A stretch of 64,000 nucleotides of DNA from contig OZ024740.1 in NCBI GenBank assembly GCA_964016885.1, positions 322,710,001-322,774,000 of the forward strand, read 5' to 3'. The notes below the pieces were generated by a model that searched no databases, was not told the DNA's origin, and was given only the letters and a program-made list of their open reading frames with translations. Within the stretch, counting starts at the first letter, position 1, and each line of letters begins with the position of its first letter. The translations under genes and the position numbers were made by a program. This DNA is from Eledone cirrhosa (lineage: Eukaryota). Of the stretch, positions 24,547 to 39,359 are shown piece by piece.

Positions 24547-26009
24547 CACCCCTCTCTCTCTTTATATACATATATATATAATATATATATATATGTATCT
24601 ATATATGTATAGATAGACAGATAGACAGAAATAGGAAGAGTGTACGTGACATACGACAACCATGGGGTAGATAAAACACTCTCACACACACAACACAACA
24701 CACAGACACACAGACATACACACACATTAACAATGTAACTAACTGCAAGTGTTAGCTAAATCTTTCTCATAAATACATGTATACAGAATCTTCTCTATTA
24801 TCACTGCAGCCCCTTTAACAACTGATATTAAAAATATCCTCCTCCTTCTCCTCCTCCTCCTCTCTAACATATCCAGCCATCCCTGCTCTATAAAGCAATA
24901 TATAGTGAGACGCTCTACCCCACTGTACCCGCTTCATACCTCACTACACACCTCCATTTTGGTTGCTCCATAATGGCGACCGACGTATCTGTTGATTTCT
25001 TCCGCCATTTTATACAAAAGACGTTATCATCCCCATCCTGCCATCAAACCTTACACTATCCTAAACATTCTTCTCCTCCCTATCATTACCCTAAACCTCG
25101 TTCTCCTCCTCCTCACGACCACCACATCTTACACTAACATAAACCTCCCGCATACTTTCTTTTCATCTTTCATTTTAGTTTTTCCCATTAACCCCTTTAA
25201 ATCACATCGATATATATGTATGTAAGTATATACGAATATTAAAATGGATATATAATAAGATGCAACGTGTCTTTAGACCATGCACAGTAAGGGCAGAATT
25301 GTCAATGGAATACACAGCTACATGTACTGTATAGATAGTTCTGTGCATCTGTCTGCCCCTCTCTCTCATATATATATGTGCGTGTGTGTGTGTACATATA
25401 TATGCATATATATAAATATATATATATATATATATGCATATATATGTACACACACACACATTGAAATGATCATAGTATAATAAACCTTTTAAGGAATCAC
25501 ACCAGTCCAGCCGCCTGTTATTTTATAATAATTAACTCCGTACTCGCACCACCAACCACACAAACGAAGACGGGTGAGTTGCATTACGTTGAGTGCTCTC
25601 CATAATATTACATCGAGGTTGACCATACGGAATGACCAGTTCTATCCAGTGGTGAACCAGCAAACCTAAATATATATATTTTTATATATATATATATAGG
25701 AAAATGTTTAACCCCGACGACAGAGCTCAAGCCGTTTCGACTGCTATTTCTGGACTCTTCCTTCGTTATATACATATATATGCGTGCGTGGATGTGTAAA
25801 CTACCAAACACAGCAGTAATTTATTGAAGTGTAGACATGGGACAGACAACGCCCTGATGGCCAGGGAACTGGTACCTGTGGTCAGAATTATGATGACGTA
25901 GACAACTAGCGGCCAATCACAGCTCACGCGAAGAGGATGACGTTTTTGACGGTACTGGCCCAGAGGCTCAGATACCCCAGTGAGAGAATATGCTCCGAAA
26001 TCATTAGAC

Positions 26010-26097
26010 GTGTCCGTCGAACCTGCGGATCCAGAATCAGACAGATCCACACAATGATCCCGTCTCGAGCTGTCCACCGGCGAAACAATTGTAACAC
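26010..26097 (+). ncRNA. Degenerate hammerhead in a pLTR-like fragment (~25805-26140)
   Basis: GUGU-CCGUCGA-...-GAAACAAUUGUA-ACAC then AATAAA. The core has 2 substitutions. Confidence 0.45.
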
Positions 26098-26561
26098 ACA
26101 ATAAATTGAGTTCAGATGCATCACTGATTTTCGTTTTCTATTATATATATCTATATCTATATATATATATATATATATCTATAACAATATATACATATAT
26201 ATATATTACTCTATATACTCTGTTACGTGTTCCAGCAGTCAGGCTGAGGCCATGTTGGGGCAGTGCCATATATAAATTTAGTCCCACAACAAATTAGCAA
26301 ATCATATTCGGAGACATATATTTCTCTAGAGAGATTTTCGACTCGTGTATGGCTGCAATGAGAACGGGAGTATATATGAGATGGCTGTACTCTGCGCGGC
26401 AGGTTTCAGTAGTTGATGACAATGGACACACACACACACACATATATATATGGTGGGGTGGTGGTGTAAGTGAGTGTGTGTGTGCATGCAAAAGGTAAAC
26501 GGAAACAACAAAGCAAACAACACAATACTATGAAAAAATATAATATATAGTAGGAAAATAG

Positions 26562-26598
26562 TCATTACGTTTCGGGCACTAGTCCTTCATCAGAATGA
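26562..26598 (-). ncRNA. Minimal hammerhead-like motif
   Basis: Reverse complement is UCAUU-CUGAUGA-AGGACUAGUGCCC-GAAACGU-AAUGA. Confidence 0.65.
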
Positions 26599-26790
26599 GA
26601 AATAAAAGATGAAATAGAAAGATAGTGAGTGATAAGAAGAAGAAACGTAAAACACATGTTCTGTGAAAAAACACGCGTGCACTCTGTCAGTCATTTTGGG
26701 GTAAAATATATATGTTACTCGTTTGCTATGGAAACAGTAAAAGACTAACCGAGAGCAGAGAATCGTTATAACACACGCACGCACACACAC

Positions 26791-26885
<95 letters not shown>

Positions 26886-27050
26886 GTCTGCGGTGCTGAG
26901 ACCGAGGAGACCACAAATCATGGGAGTCCTCGATGCATGGGGATATGCAGAGTGGGTATAGAAATATATAAAATCGTCAAGCGGAAACTATTTAGCACTG
27001 CGGTCGGGATTTTACTTCTCTCTCTCGTTCTCTTTCCCTCTCGCTCCCTC

Positions 27051-27089
<39 letters not shown>

Positions 27090-27307
27090 ATAATAATAGA
27101 AGAACGACTTGTTAAGCCTTCATTACATTTATTGATTGATGACGGGCGTTTCGCTATTGATCAGCTCAAGATTGGATCTGTATCGATCTAGCCCGACTCT
27201 GGAATCAAAACCTCGTCACACTTATACTCTACACCTCACCACTGACGTGAAGCTAAACCTCGAGTGCTTACCTGGGTAAACCTACAGTAACTTCACGTTA
27301 CACCTCT

Positions 27308-27388
<81 letters not shown>

Positions 27389-27960
27389 TATCACTAACTT
27401 ATTTCAGATGTTACTTGTTCGATCCACTTAAACTAACCAAAGAATGGAACTCACCACTACCACTTAACCAACATCCATAATGACTATGCTATTGTTCTGT
27501 AAGACAATAGTATGGAAATAGGAGCTTTAATCATAACATTCTATGGTTTTAAGTTCAATGTTATTTCTCAAATAAGCCTACCATATGACTATTATATATC
27601 TTATGCTAGTCCGACAGAAAATATCTGTGCCAAGCATATATATTTTCAGTTAATCTTAAGCTAAGGATTAATATTAATATATTAGCATATTTATGCTCGA
27701 TATCTACTTTTAAACAGCACATTTACTGTTATACGCATTCAAAATAAAGAAACACACATATACACATATATACATATATACATACATGCATATATATAGC
27801 ATACATATAACATACATATAACAGCTTTGCCGGATCCTCATTACATAGAGCTAAAAAACACCTAGTAAATAAGTATATATACTCTCACTAATATTATTAA
27901 TACATACATACATATATACTTACAAACAGCAGGGCTGAACACAACATCAACAACAACAAC

Positions 27961-30900
27961 ATTAAGGAAGTACCAGAGAAAAACAACGAGAAAGGTAAAC
28001 AAAATTTATTCAGTTGTAGTTACAGAAGAAACCGAAATTATAAATCGCATTTCTCTTGGAGTTGCGAACTTAATGATTTATTTAATTGTTATAAAATGGC
28101 AAAAAATAATTCCTCCATTGGCTATATGAACAGAATGAAGCTTCACTGGGACGAAATACACCCAGAGCTAAATCACTTCACAGCGCAACAATTACGCCAA
28201 CAAGCGACGTTTGTTGAACGTAAAAATAAGATAAATATTATTAATTGTAAGTCCCCCACAATAAACATGGGATCAACAACACGTGCTACAGGTTGCCATG
28301 CAACTACACTTCCTAGCAGCCAGGTCGAACAGTGCCTTGAAACAACTATGCCTGTAAGAAACTTGACACCACGTGTACCCTCTAAGTCTACCTCGAATGC
28401 TGGGGAAAACACTATCGATAATAATAATAATCGAAGAAATAATAATAATAATCGAAGAAATTTAACACCACGTGTATAAACAATTGAAACATTTCTCTTG
28501 CTGAACGTATTAAAACAACAATATTTAATAAAAAACCAACTAATGAAATATTACGTGTTATTGACGAAATAGGGGATGAATATTTACGACGGATAAAAAC
28601 CCCAACATTTTGGCAAATCAACGCCTGTTTATATGCCTTAGCAATGCCAGTGAAGCATTATCTTGGTGATAGCAGAGATATTAACAAGGACAAAACACCA
28701 CCAAAAATACCATTATATATAACTAAAATAGAAAAAAAGATTGCTGACCTACGAAAAACAATAGGATATGTGACAATGCTCCTTACATGCAAACAAACAC
28801 AAAAAACCTCACTCCTCACCAACAAAGAGTGAAAAATAAAATAGAGATGTTTGGTAACTGTAGAACCAGAACTCTTCAATATAAGCTGATCACCCTCAAA
28901 TAAGAATTGAGAGCTGTTAGCGAATAACGCCGATACCTGAAGAAGGTAGATGAAAGAAAAGGGCTTAATAAAAGATTCAGACGAAACCAAACATCAGTGT
29001 CACTGAACAAGCAGCTGGAAAGAAAGGTGTTTGGAGATGTGCTGAACAACTCCTAATCAACAAAACTGCGATGTCGGAGGTGCGACAACTTAGGAGGAAT
29101 ATGGCTACAGTCTGGCTGGACTACAGGAAAGCTTTCAATTCTGTTCCCTACTCTTGGATGATAGAGGCCCTCCAGCTTGCTAAAGTCTCAGACATTATTA
29201 TCAGAGCCATAGAGAAGCTGTCTTCTTCTTGGGCTACTATCCTAAAGTTAAAGACAGAGAAGGAGGACTCTATTTTCACTGATAAAATAAAATATCGCAG
29301 TGGTATGTTTCAGGGAGACAGTCTCTCTGTGATATTATTCATCCTGTCATTAAACCCCTTGTCCTTTCTGCTCAAGAAATGTGAAGGATACATCATTGGC
29401 TCACAGGAGGACAGAAAACGAACCTAACCCATAATTTCTTTGTGGATGATCTGAAACTCTATGCCATGAAAATGGATGGGATGAAGAAAAATCTTGACTT
29501 GGTTACAACGTTCTCAAAGGATATAGGAATGGAGTTTGGCCAAGATAAATGCTCATGTATGACAGTAAAGCGGAGAAAAACAACAACCCAATCTAGCAAC
29601 ATTGTCATCAATGGCCTAACTGTTTCACCGATATCTGATGCGGACTGCTACAGATACCTGGGGATAGATGAGAACATATCCTATAATGGTATCTGTAATA
29701 AGGAACGCGTAACCAGGGAATACTGCACCCGATTAAGAAAGATTTAGTCATCGGAACTCTCTGCGCAAAACAAAACAGTGGCTCACAATGTGTTTGCTGT
29801 GCCTGTCCTAACACTAACGTTTAGAATACTCAATTGGACGATAGACGAAATCCGAGCAGTTGATGTTAGAACTCGAAAAATACTAAACAACACAGGAAAC
29901 TTCCACATCAACAGTGACATAGACCGCCTTTACTTGAAACGTAAGCAGGGAGGCAGAGGCCTAACATCAGTCCAGACAGCATTTGAATGTCGCATCATAT
30001 CCCTCCGACAACATCTACGAACCTCGAAGCGTAGGAGCCCGTCTCTCGAGCAAATCTATCTGCATGAAACAGATAAGATCATGAGAGTTGGGAAGGAACT
30101 CCTCGAGAGATATTCCCTGTATGATAATCAAAAACTCACACCCAGGGAAGTCGCTCAGCAGTATCGCAGTGACTCCATGGATGAAAAACTGCATGCCTAT
30201 TAGCAAAAAATCATGCATGGATATGTTGCCAGGAAGCTCCAGAGTGAGAGTAATATAGATAAGGAAAGTAGTCTATCTTGGACCAACAACCGCTATATTG
30301 GCTCCCACTTTGAAGGAGACGCTTTTGCTATCCAAGAACAGGAAATTAACACGAAATACCCGATTCACAAAAGAGATAGGGTTGCAGGCAAAACACCTAG
30401 ATGTGATAACAAGTGCAGACTCTGCAGAATTAACATCGAAGATGTCACCCATGTCATCAGCAGCTGTCCAAAGATGTCATCGCGGTACTATCTACCTATG
30501 AGGCATGATGTAGTGGCCAAAACACTGTACAATGTAATCCATAGAAAAGATAGCCCCGATAATAAACACATTAAAAGCTACAGCAATGTGGAAGACATCC
30601 ATGTACATAATATGAAAGAGTACTGGTGGAATGTTCCAGTAAAAACCCCAATAAAATGCAGGCATAACAGACCAGATATTATGATATGGGACAGGGAGAA
30701 GAAAGCATGCACAATAGTGTAAATTAGTTGCCCAGCAGATGCCAATATAATATCAAAATTTAGCGAAAAGTAGAATATTTATGCAGAACTGATGAGAAAT
30801 CTGCAGATACTCCACCCTGATTACACCTTCAGATTTATGCCTGTGATTATTGAGGCACTGGGGTATGTTAGTAATTGCCTCAATACAAATCTTGAGAAGC

Positions 30901-31216
30901 TAGGCTTCACAGGAAAAGAAAGAACACAATAGTTAGGAAATTACATGTACAATCCATTAATGGAACAGTAAAAATATGTAAAACATTCCAAAAATTTTGC
31001 ATCTAATAACTGCATATACACATGTACAGATACAAAGCATATACACATGCACACATACCACTCAAAACATACACATCCACACATACAATAACATCCATAT
31101 CTACACATGCATACAGTGATGTTGTGTAAATTCCAATGAAAGAGTCTTGCGTCTATGTTAGAAACCGACTATCTCTCTATTGGTAAAACTTTGTGAAATT
31201 ATAAAACCAGAAGAAC
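27961..31216 (+). mobile_element. RLE-type non-LTR retrotransposon (R4/Dong-like), copy 2, pseudogenised
   Basis: WLDYRKAFNSVP, GMFQGDSLS, (FV)DDLKLY, YRYLG, DRLYLKRKQGGRGL, CRLC..THVISSC knuckle, RHD, NRPDI; several stops; (CATA)n tail. Confidence 0.93.
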
Positions 31217-31323
31217 ATAAATACATACATACTTACATACATACATAAATACATACATACATACTTACATACATACATAAATACATGCATACATACATAT
31301 ATACATACATAAATACATACATA

Positions 31324-31620
31324 TAGGAAATTACAAGTACAATCCATTAATGGAACAGTAAAAATATGTAAAACATTCCAAAAATATTGCATCTAATAAC
31401 TGCATATACATGTACAGATACAAAGCATATACACATGTACACATACAACTCAAAACATACTCATCCACACATTCAATAACATTCATATCTACACATGCAT
31501 ACATACATATCTACCTAGTTGATGTTGTGTAAATTCCAATGAGAGAGTCTTGTGTCTATGTTAGAAACCGACTCTCTCTCTATTGGGAAAAAATTTGTGA
31601 AATTATAAAACCAGAAGAAC
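31324..31620 (+). mobile_element. 5'-truncated 3' end of the same R4-like LINE
   Basis: Homologous to 30934-31216 and 9411-9713. Confidence 0.9.
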
Positions 31621-31963
31621 ATACACATAGGCATACAGACATTCATAGTTACGTCCAGATAAAGTGATCCAGCTGAAACTTCGAAGTCACTACCACTTTT
31701 CTACTCATAAAATAGAATTTACATTCTATCTGCAGGTATTGAGTGCTCATTCAGTTAATGTTTGAATTTTTTATGTGGTATGGTATTTATACACCTATTC
31801 TAGTATATATAATGGTACTGTTAATTAATCTTAACTGACCAAGCTCGCATTATATGCAAATGAGCATCTCCAGTAGATGTTTTATACGCAAAATGTTCTC
31901 AGTATCGAGTGAGCAAACCTTACAAATGATGGATAAAAACCTGAAACTGGCGTTCTCACATGG

Positions 31964-32019
<56 letters not shown>

Positions 32020-32023
<4 letters not shown>

Positions 32024-32197
32024 ATCTACTAACATGACCCCTACTCCACTCAGCCCATCGTCATTTCCCACCCAGAAAAATTTGTAGCTACGCTTTTTGC
32101 CAATAAGGAATCTAGTTCCCCTACATCTAGTCCCTTGTACACAGCATATATCAACTTTCTTTTGTTTAAGCATCTCTACAATCTCACCTGATCGTCC

Positions 32198-32200
<3 letters not shown>
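32020..32200 (-). pseudogene. APE endonuclease N-terminal fragment of an RTE-like LINE
   Basis: VDICCVQGTR..YKFFWVGN...GVGVMLV. Confidence 0.75.
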
Positions 32201-32272
<72 letters not shown>

Positions 32273-32280
32273 GATATATA

Positions 32281-32482
32281 GGGAAAAGAGTTAGGGCCCC
32301 GATGGCTGAGCCCCGGCCGTTTCGACAGCTAGATCCCAACGCTCGGATCTAGCTGTCGAAACGGCCGGGGCTCAGCCGTCGGGGTCCTAACTCTTTTCCC
32401 TATTACCCACTCTACTACCCTAAGTATCGAGTACTCTAGTGCGTTATGGTCCACCTGGTATCTTACCACACCTTCTTTGTTT
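32281..32482 (+). mobile_element. Fold-back mini-element, same family as 11232
   Basis: 56-bp arms around loop CAACGCTC, with a homologous tail; TA-flanked. Confidence 0.85.
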
Positions 32483-32567
32483 TATATATATATGTACATA
32501 TATATATATACACACACACATATATATATTTACATACATACATATATATGTATTAATTTAAGTGAAA

Positions 32568-32743
32568 TGGCAGTATTGGGAGAGGGTCGGACGCCATGCT
32601 TTGACGTATAGAGTTACGGCCCGTGCCATTCTGAGTTCAAATCCCGCCGAGGTTAACTTTGCCTTTCATCCTTACGGGGTCGATAAAATAAAGTACCAGT
32701 ACCGCACTGGGTAATTGCTGGCCTTGTGCCTAACGTAGAAACA
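32568..32743 (+). mobile_element. SINE family A with 16-bp TSD
   Basis: A and B boxes; ATTAATTTAAGTGAAA at 32552-32567 and 32744-32759. Confidence 0.92.
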
Positions 32744-33555
32744 ATTAATTTAAGTGAAAAATATTCATCTCCTATATATACATATCTATGTATATATATA
32801 ATTATATATACACATCACTAAATCTAAAATAACTGAGTTAAGAATCCTACAGTTAAATGAACAGTAGAATGAAAACGAAAATACAAGCGATACTGTGGTG
32901 AAGGATAATGAATTAAAAATAAAACAGTTCGTAAAGACATTATATTTGAAGGTGATTTACTGAGTGGAAAATCTCGGAAAAAAACGCAGGGAAATTGGAT
33001 AAAAGAGCGTAAGCAAAATGGCGGAGAGATTGAGACTTAGTGTTTTAAAATACTGTTTTAGCAAACTAAAGTAAATTGATATATAAAACAACAACAGCAG
33101 AAATCATAACGACAGCACCAAAAACATTACCAACACCAACAACGACGACAACATAAACAAAAACATCAAATAAACAAATTACACTATAATTACTAAAAGG
33201 AGTCTTAAAATATATTTGAAAAGGAAAAAAAAAAAAGGAAACTATAGTTGAAACAGGAAAGAGTTTTAACGTGTTGAAAAAAATGTAATTCTTTGAAAAG
33301 AAGTGTTAAAAACGAAGAAAGATTATATATATATGTGCAAAAATACATTATGTGTATATATTCCACTATTTATATTATACACACACGCACACACACATAG
33401 ACGTACATACACATATATACATATATAAATAATTTTGAGTGTATTTTAATCAGAGAGGGAAATGTGAAGAAGGAAACTATAGTAGCGAGAAGATATAATA
33501 CTACACACACACACACACACACACAAACGAACGTACACACGAACACACACACACG

Positions 33556-33648
<93 letters not shown>

Positions 33649-33870
33649 CCAAATCCTTATTAAAAATGTATGAAAAACTGTCTACACAGGTGCATTAGAA
33701 AAGACGGAGAGAGAGAGGGAGACAGAGAGAGAGAGAAAGAGATAGATAGATAGAGATGATGTCTAAGGGGTAAAAAACAATTATTCAACGTGAAAGTACA
33801 TATACGCTTTTATATCCTAAGATATAGTTAAACCTAAATATAATACTCACACATACTGACATATTAATTA

Positions 33871-34262
33871 CGGTGGATTGGCAGTATCGGTAGAGGGTCG
33901 GACGCCATGCTTTGAAGCATAGAGTTACCTCCCTGTATGATCTGAGTTCAAATCCCGCCGAGGTTAACTTTGCCTTTCATCCTTGCGGGGTCGATAAAAT
34001 AAAGTACCAGTAATGCACTGGGTAATTGCTGTCCTTGTGCCAAAAGTAGAAACAATTAATTACTAAAGACTAGGACGGTCAATTGGCAGTATCGGTAGAG
34101 AGTCGGACATGCTTTCCCACATAGAGTTACGTCCCCTTACGATCTGAGTTCAAATCCTGCCGAGGTTAACTTTGCCTTTCATCCTTACGGGGTCGATAAA
34201 ATAAAGTACCAGTAATGCACTGGTAATTGCTGGCCTTGTGCTAAATGTAGAAACAATTAATT
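33871..34262 (+). mobile_element. Two tandem SINE family A copies
   Basis: Copies at about 33871-34060 and 34076-34262, each with A and B boxes. Confidence 0.9.
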
Positions 34263-34344
34263 ACTAAAGACAAAACATGATAAAAAAATCAATGTCGTGA
34301 TTAAACTATTTTCAACTGTTTCATGATATAGGAAATGAACAGAG

Positions 34345-34590
34345 TTGTTAAGTCTAAAGTCTTTTTCAAGCTCGGAAGCTCATCGGGCTGGTGTTTATCC
34401 TGTTTTACGTGGCGTGAAGCGACTGAGAGTACAATACTTCTCCTCCCTGGGCAGGGAGTCAGTCGATCTCAGGGCTAAACCTGCAGCTATTGCTGTTACT
34501 AATTTTCAGCTGAGTATACTGGAGCAACAGCACACAACCCAGTCTAGGAATCGAACGCACGACATTATGATCGTGAGTCCAACACCACGT
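34345..34590 (-). mobile_element. Old SINE of another family
   Basis: Reverse complement has the B-box GTTCGATTCC near 34550; body is GC-richer than the flanks. Confidence 0.5.
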
Positions 34591-35617
34591 TTACCAAAGG
34601 AATATAGTGGACACCTGTTAAGGTGTCCACTATATTCCTTTGTATTTCTTCCGGCTCACTGCATTCTGAGTTCAATCCCGCTCAGATCAATTTTTTTCCT
34701 TTATTATTTTGGTGTCGATACATAAAGTACCAGTCAAGGAGAAGATTGGTTGGCGGATTTTGTTTAAAAAAAAAATCCGGCAGGATGCCTTGCGGTATAT
34801 GATCCTCCGTCACGTTGCGTTCTGAGTTTAAATTCTGCCGCTTTCTGACGAGTTGCGACAGGTTCATGCTATTAACAATGGAAAGAAAAACGGAAACAAT
34901 GTTTCCTTCGTCCGATTTGACAATCAGCTTCTTTCTTCTGCAACAAATTGCGATTGACAAATAAGATCAACGATGACAAACGTTGTTTCCTTGGTCTGAT
35001 CTGACGATCAACTGCGTCATTCTGTCAAGAGTTGTTACCAACAGATAGTATCAGCAATGGAAAACCAATAGAATATAATTTCCTTTGTTCTTTCCTTTCC
35101 TATGTTTTATTGGGGACGGACATAACTACTCATGTTTTTGAAATAGCTAAAATTTAAGTTAGATTAATGTTTTTCAAAGTAGGTTCCGAGAAACCTCAGA
35201 GCTCACTAGATATGCTGTGTTTTAATGAAATTTGACAAATATTTATTATATTATTTTATTCTTTTACTTGTTTCAATTTGTGGTCATGCTGGAACAACAC
35301 GATAAACAGATTATAGCGAACCTAGTAATAATTTTCCCAAAAATCTAGTACTTATTTTATCGATCTGCTTTTGTCGAACGGCTAGGTTATAGGATATAAA
35401 CAAACTGAAAACGTAATAACTGACAGGGACGCGCACACATATACATATGCGCATGCAACGCACACATACATATATATAGTAGTTCTCTTTACGTACATGG
35501 TTGTGTTTGTATGTGTGTGATTAAAAGTGTATATGTGTGTGTGTGCGCACATCTGTGTAACTGTTTGTGTATGACTGCGTGTATATATGTTCACAAGTAA
35601 TTATACACACACACACA

Positions 35618-36066
<449 letters not shown>

Positions 36067-36822
36067 ATTTATAATTGTATATAGTTTATATATATAAATA
36101 TAAATACTATTATTATAATATATATACAATAAGTATAAATACTATTATTATAATATATATATAAAGATATATATGCAAATATCATTGACGGATGTGGCAC
36201 AAATGTCGTTCTGTCGCGTGACATCGTAGTTGTGACCACTACCTAAACCACCAGCACCACCACCACCACCACCAGCACCACCAACACCATCACCACCACC
36301 ATTTTTATTATCATATCAGGGTTGCTCCCCATCTCCAAAACCCCAGAAAAGGAACAATAACAACAACAACAACAATAACAACAACATAATCAAATTACGT
36401 ATATTATTTGATTTTAAAAAGAAATTAAACACGCACACGTACCGAAATTTATCGGAAGTGATGACAAATTGCACAATCACTAAAATAATTTATTTCCATT
36501 TATATGTAAATGATTAAACAGTCGTCATCGTTTCCAGAAATTTCTCTTTTGATGAGGTGTGAAATAAAAATTATATTATATTTTTCTGTTTAATAGTCTT
36601 CTTCCATAAACAAATTATAGAAGTGGAGAATTGTTTCTTTATTTAATTTCTATTTTACCACGAAATAGAATATGAAAAGTGTGATTAATTTACTTGTTTT
36701 AGCGAAATATGAAGTCTTTAATAAATGAAGACATGTAGATAGATAACAGAACGTGCTGTTGTTTATGAGAGCCGCAGCTGATGGAGATGTTGATGTGGTG
36801 AGATTGGACAACCAGAGAAAAT

Positions 36823-37210
36823 AATTGTTTCTATGTTTGGCACAAGGCCAGCAATTACCCAGTACATTACTGGTACTTTATTTTATCGACCCCGTAAGGA
36901 TGAAAGGCAAAGTTAACCTCGGCGGGATTTGAACTCAGAAAGTAAAGGGACGTAACTATGCTGGTAAGCATGTCCGACCCTCTACCGATACTGCCAATAA
37001 TGGTTCCTGATATAGGTACAAGGCCAGCAATATTTGGGGAGGGGAAAGTCGATTAAATCGGCCCCAGTGCGTGACTGGTACTTTATTTTATCAACCCCAT
37101 AAGGATGAAAGCATAGCTAACCTCGGCGGGATTTGAACTCAGAATGTAAAGGGCCGTAACTCTATGACATGAAACAGGATGTCCGACTCTCTACCGATTA
37201 CTGCCAATTC
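36823..37210 (-). mobile_element. Two tandem SINE family A copies
   Basis: Reverse-complement A and B boxes and the shared body. Confidence 0.9.
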
Positions 37211-37371
37211 ACAGCCCTATACAACCAGTTGAAATGATATGGTGTAGTAACAGCTGTACTAGTGATGAATATAGATCCTCCGTCGCAAAGGCGGATTGGT
37301 TAGATAGGCATTTGTAACCAGCATGATACAGAGTGGGCTAAGGCAGAACGTTTGAATTAAAGGTAGAATCA

Positions 37372-37510
37372 ATTTGACGGGCTTCCAAACAGTTTCCGTC
37401 TACCTAATTTCCTTTGCAAAGCTTTCGTCGACTCGATGCTATGGTAATGACACTTGTAGTGAGATCAAACCCGGCACCTCATGATTGTGAAGCGACATTT
37501 TTAACCACTC
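37372..37510 (-). mobile_element. Decayed CORE-type SINE fragment
   Basis: GGGCTTCCA..CAGTTTCCGTCTACC..GACACTTG..AAACCCGG resembles an abundant cephalopod SINE (from memory, unverified). Confidence 0.45.
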
Positions 37511-37820
37511 ATCTATGCATACGTCCAAAGTCGAATCAGTACAGATGCACTATATTAATCATTATCAGGTATCGTCTGCTCTAACGCTACCCACTGGTCC
37601 ATTTTGAATTCAGCAAATTCAGATCATTTCAAAAACGTAGTTAGTCATAGTGGATCTCAATAAAACATTATGATCATCTATAGCGTATGAATTGTGAAAC
37701 TTTGTTCTTTCTAAGTACAACCACATCATCCAGGCAGATAGATACATATTCTGATGCTTCAATAATAATGAATTTAAGGCTGGAAATGTGAAAATGTAAA
37801 ATGTGAAAATAAATGTCTTC

Positions 37821-37848
37821 AACGTTTCGGATGTTAGTCCTTCATCAG
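37821..37848 (-). ncRNA. Minimal hammerhead core
   Basis: Reverse complement is CUGAUGA-A-GGA-CUAACA-UCC-GAAACGUU; stem I is not evident. Confidence 0.55.
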
Positions 37849-38057
37849 CAACGAAACGAGAGTATGAGAGGAGTTAAAAAACAGTGTGTGTGTATAACAT
37901 AACTGAAAATGTTTTCGTTCAATCAAAGTATTGTTTTTTTTTATATTTTATCTTTATTTATTACAATTTTAAAAATATTTTAGAATATAAAACTATTTTG
38001 AAATGATAATTAGATTTAGAATTATTTCAAAATAGTTGTATATTCTAAAATATTTCA

Positions 38058-38574
38058 AAAATAGCAATAGAAGCTTTCGCCATATTTTGACTACAGACAA
38101 TAGTGAAATAACAGGTTATATGAACCTCCATAACAGAAACAAATGGACATTAACACGCGTGTTAATGTCCATATTTTCCGTTATAGGGGTTCATATAACC
38201 TATTGTCAAAATACGGTGAAAGCTTCTATAGCTATTTTCAAAATCTTCAATCACCACCGTATTCTAAAACCACACGTGCTTATTCTGAAATGTAGTGTAA
38301 CTTAAACATAACAATTTTGCTTTGAATTGTTATATTAAAGTTGGTTTTAGAACACGGTGATTGAAGATTTTGATATATATTATAGATATACATTTACCAA
38401 GTAAATAATTAACCCTGAGATTAGTCAAAAGAAATGTTTGTTATTGAGAAAGTCCCATGGTGAAGAGTGCTGAGTAAGCGTTATATTTCTAGGGAATCGA
38501 ATATGCGACGCGAATTCGATCCCACATCATACAAAATCCTATTCCATATTGATGGAATGAGATTTTGTATGATG
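38058..38574. repeat. Cluster of three inverted repeats
   Basis: 38058-38238 (perfect 30-bp core at 38143-38172), 38238-38373 and 38525-38574. Confidence 0.85.
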
Positions 38575-39359
38575 ATTGTTAATCATATAAGAAACGAAGA
38601 GTTATAGATATGTTAATGTTGACAACAACAGCAACAAAAATACCAAATCAAAACAATAATAACAAACACAAGAAAAAAACATCACCATTACCACCACCAC
38701 CACCACCACCACCATTATCACCACAATAATAACAATAATAATCAGCATCAATACCACCATAACAGAAATAATTACAACACAACCATAACAGCTACCACCA
38801 ACTCCATCACCACCACCACCATCACCACCAGCACCAACACCAGCACCAACACCAGCACCAACACCACCACCACCAACAACAACAATAAAAACAGCAATGA
38901 AAACAATAACAACTATCACCATCACCACCAACATAACAATATTGACAACAAAACCATCTTTACAACGACAACCACAACAGCTACCACCACCACCACCAAC
39001 AACAACAACAATTACAAATATCATCAATACCACCAACATAACAACAACATACACAACAAGAAACCATCGACAACAAGAAACCATCAACAAGAACAAACAT
39101 TTTCGCAATAAACTGCTCCACCCCATCAAGTTTGTTTGTTAAGGTAGACTTAACAAAGAAAGAAAATGGCGGAAACATTAACATCTAATCATTAACCATA
39201 GCGAGAAACGGCGAATTAAAGAGTGGCGCTACGGTAGGTCAGAGGTGAAGGGGAGACAACACATTTAATAGAGAACATTAAAAATATGATTGTTTAATAA
39301 TATTTTTAATGTTCTCTATTAAATGATGATGATGATGCTGATGGTGATGATGATGATTG

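Noticed and set aside
27135-27215. HHR on the minus strand (GAAACGCCCGUC)
   Set aside because: Only the 3' half is recognisable; no properly placed CUGAnGA box.
32568-32650. tRNA genes at A/B-box motifs
   Set aside because: These are SINE heads: no cloverleaf, and they carry a shared body and TSDs.
37675-37779. MAM-like peptide LKFIIIEA..ICLDDVVV after an acceptor-like site on the minus strand
   Set aside because: Too short, no clear donor, and adjacent to a pLTR-like fragment.
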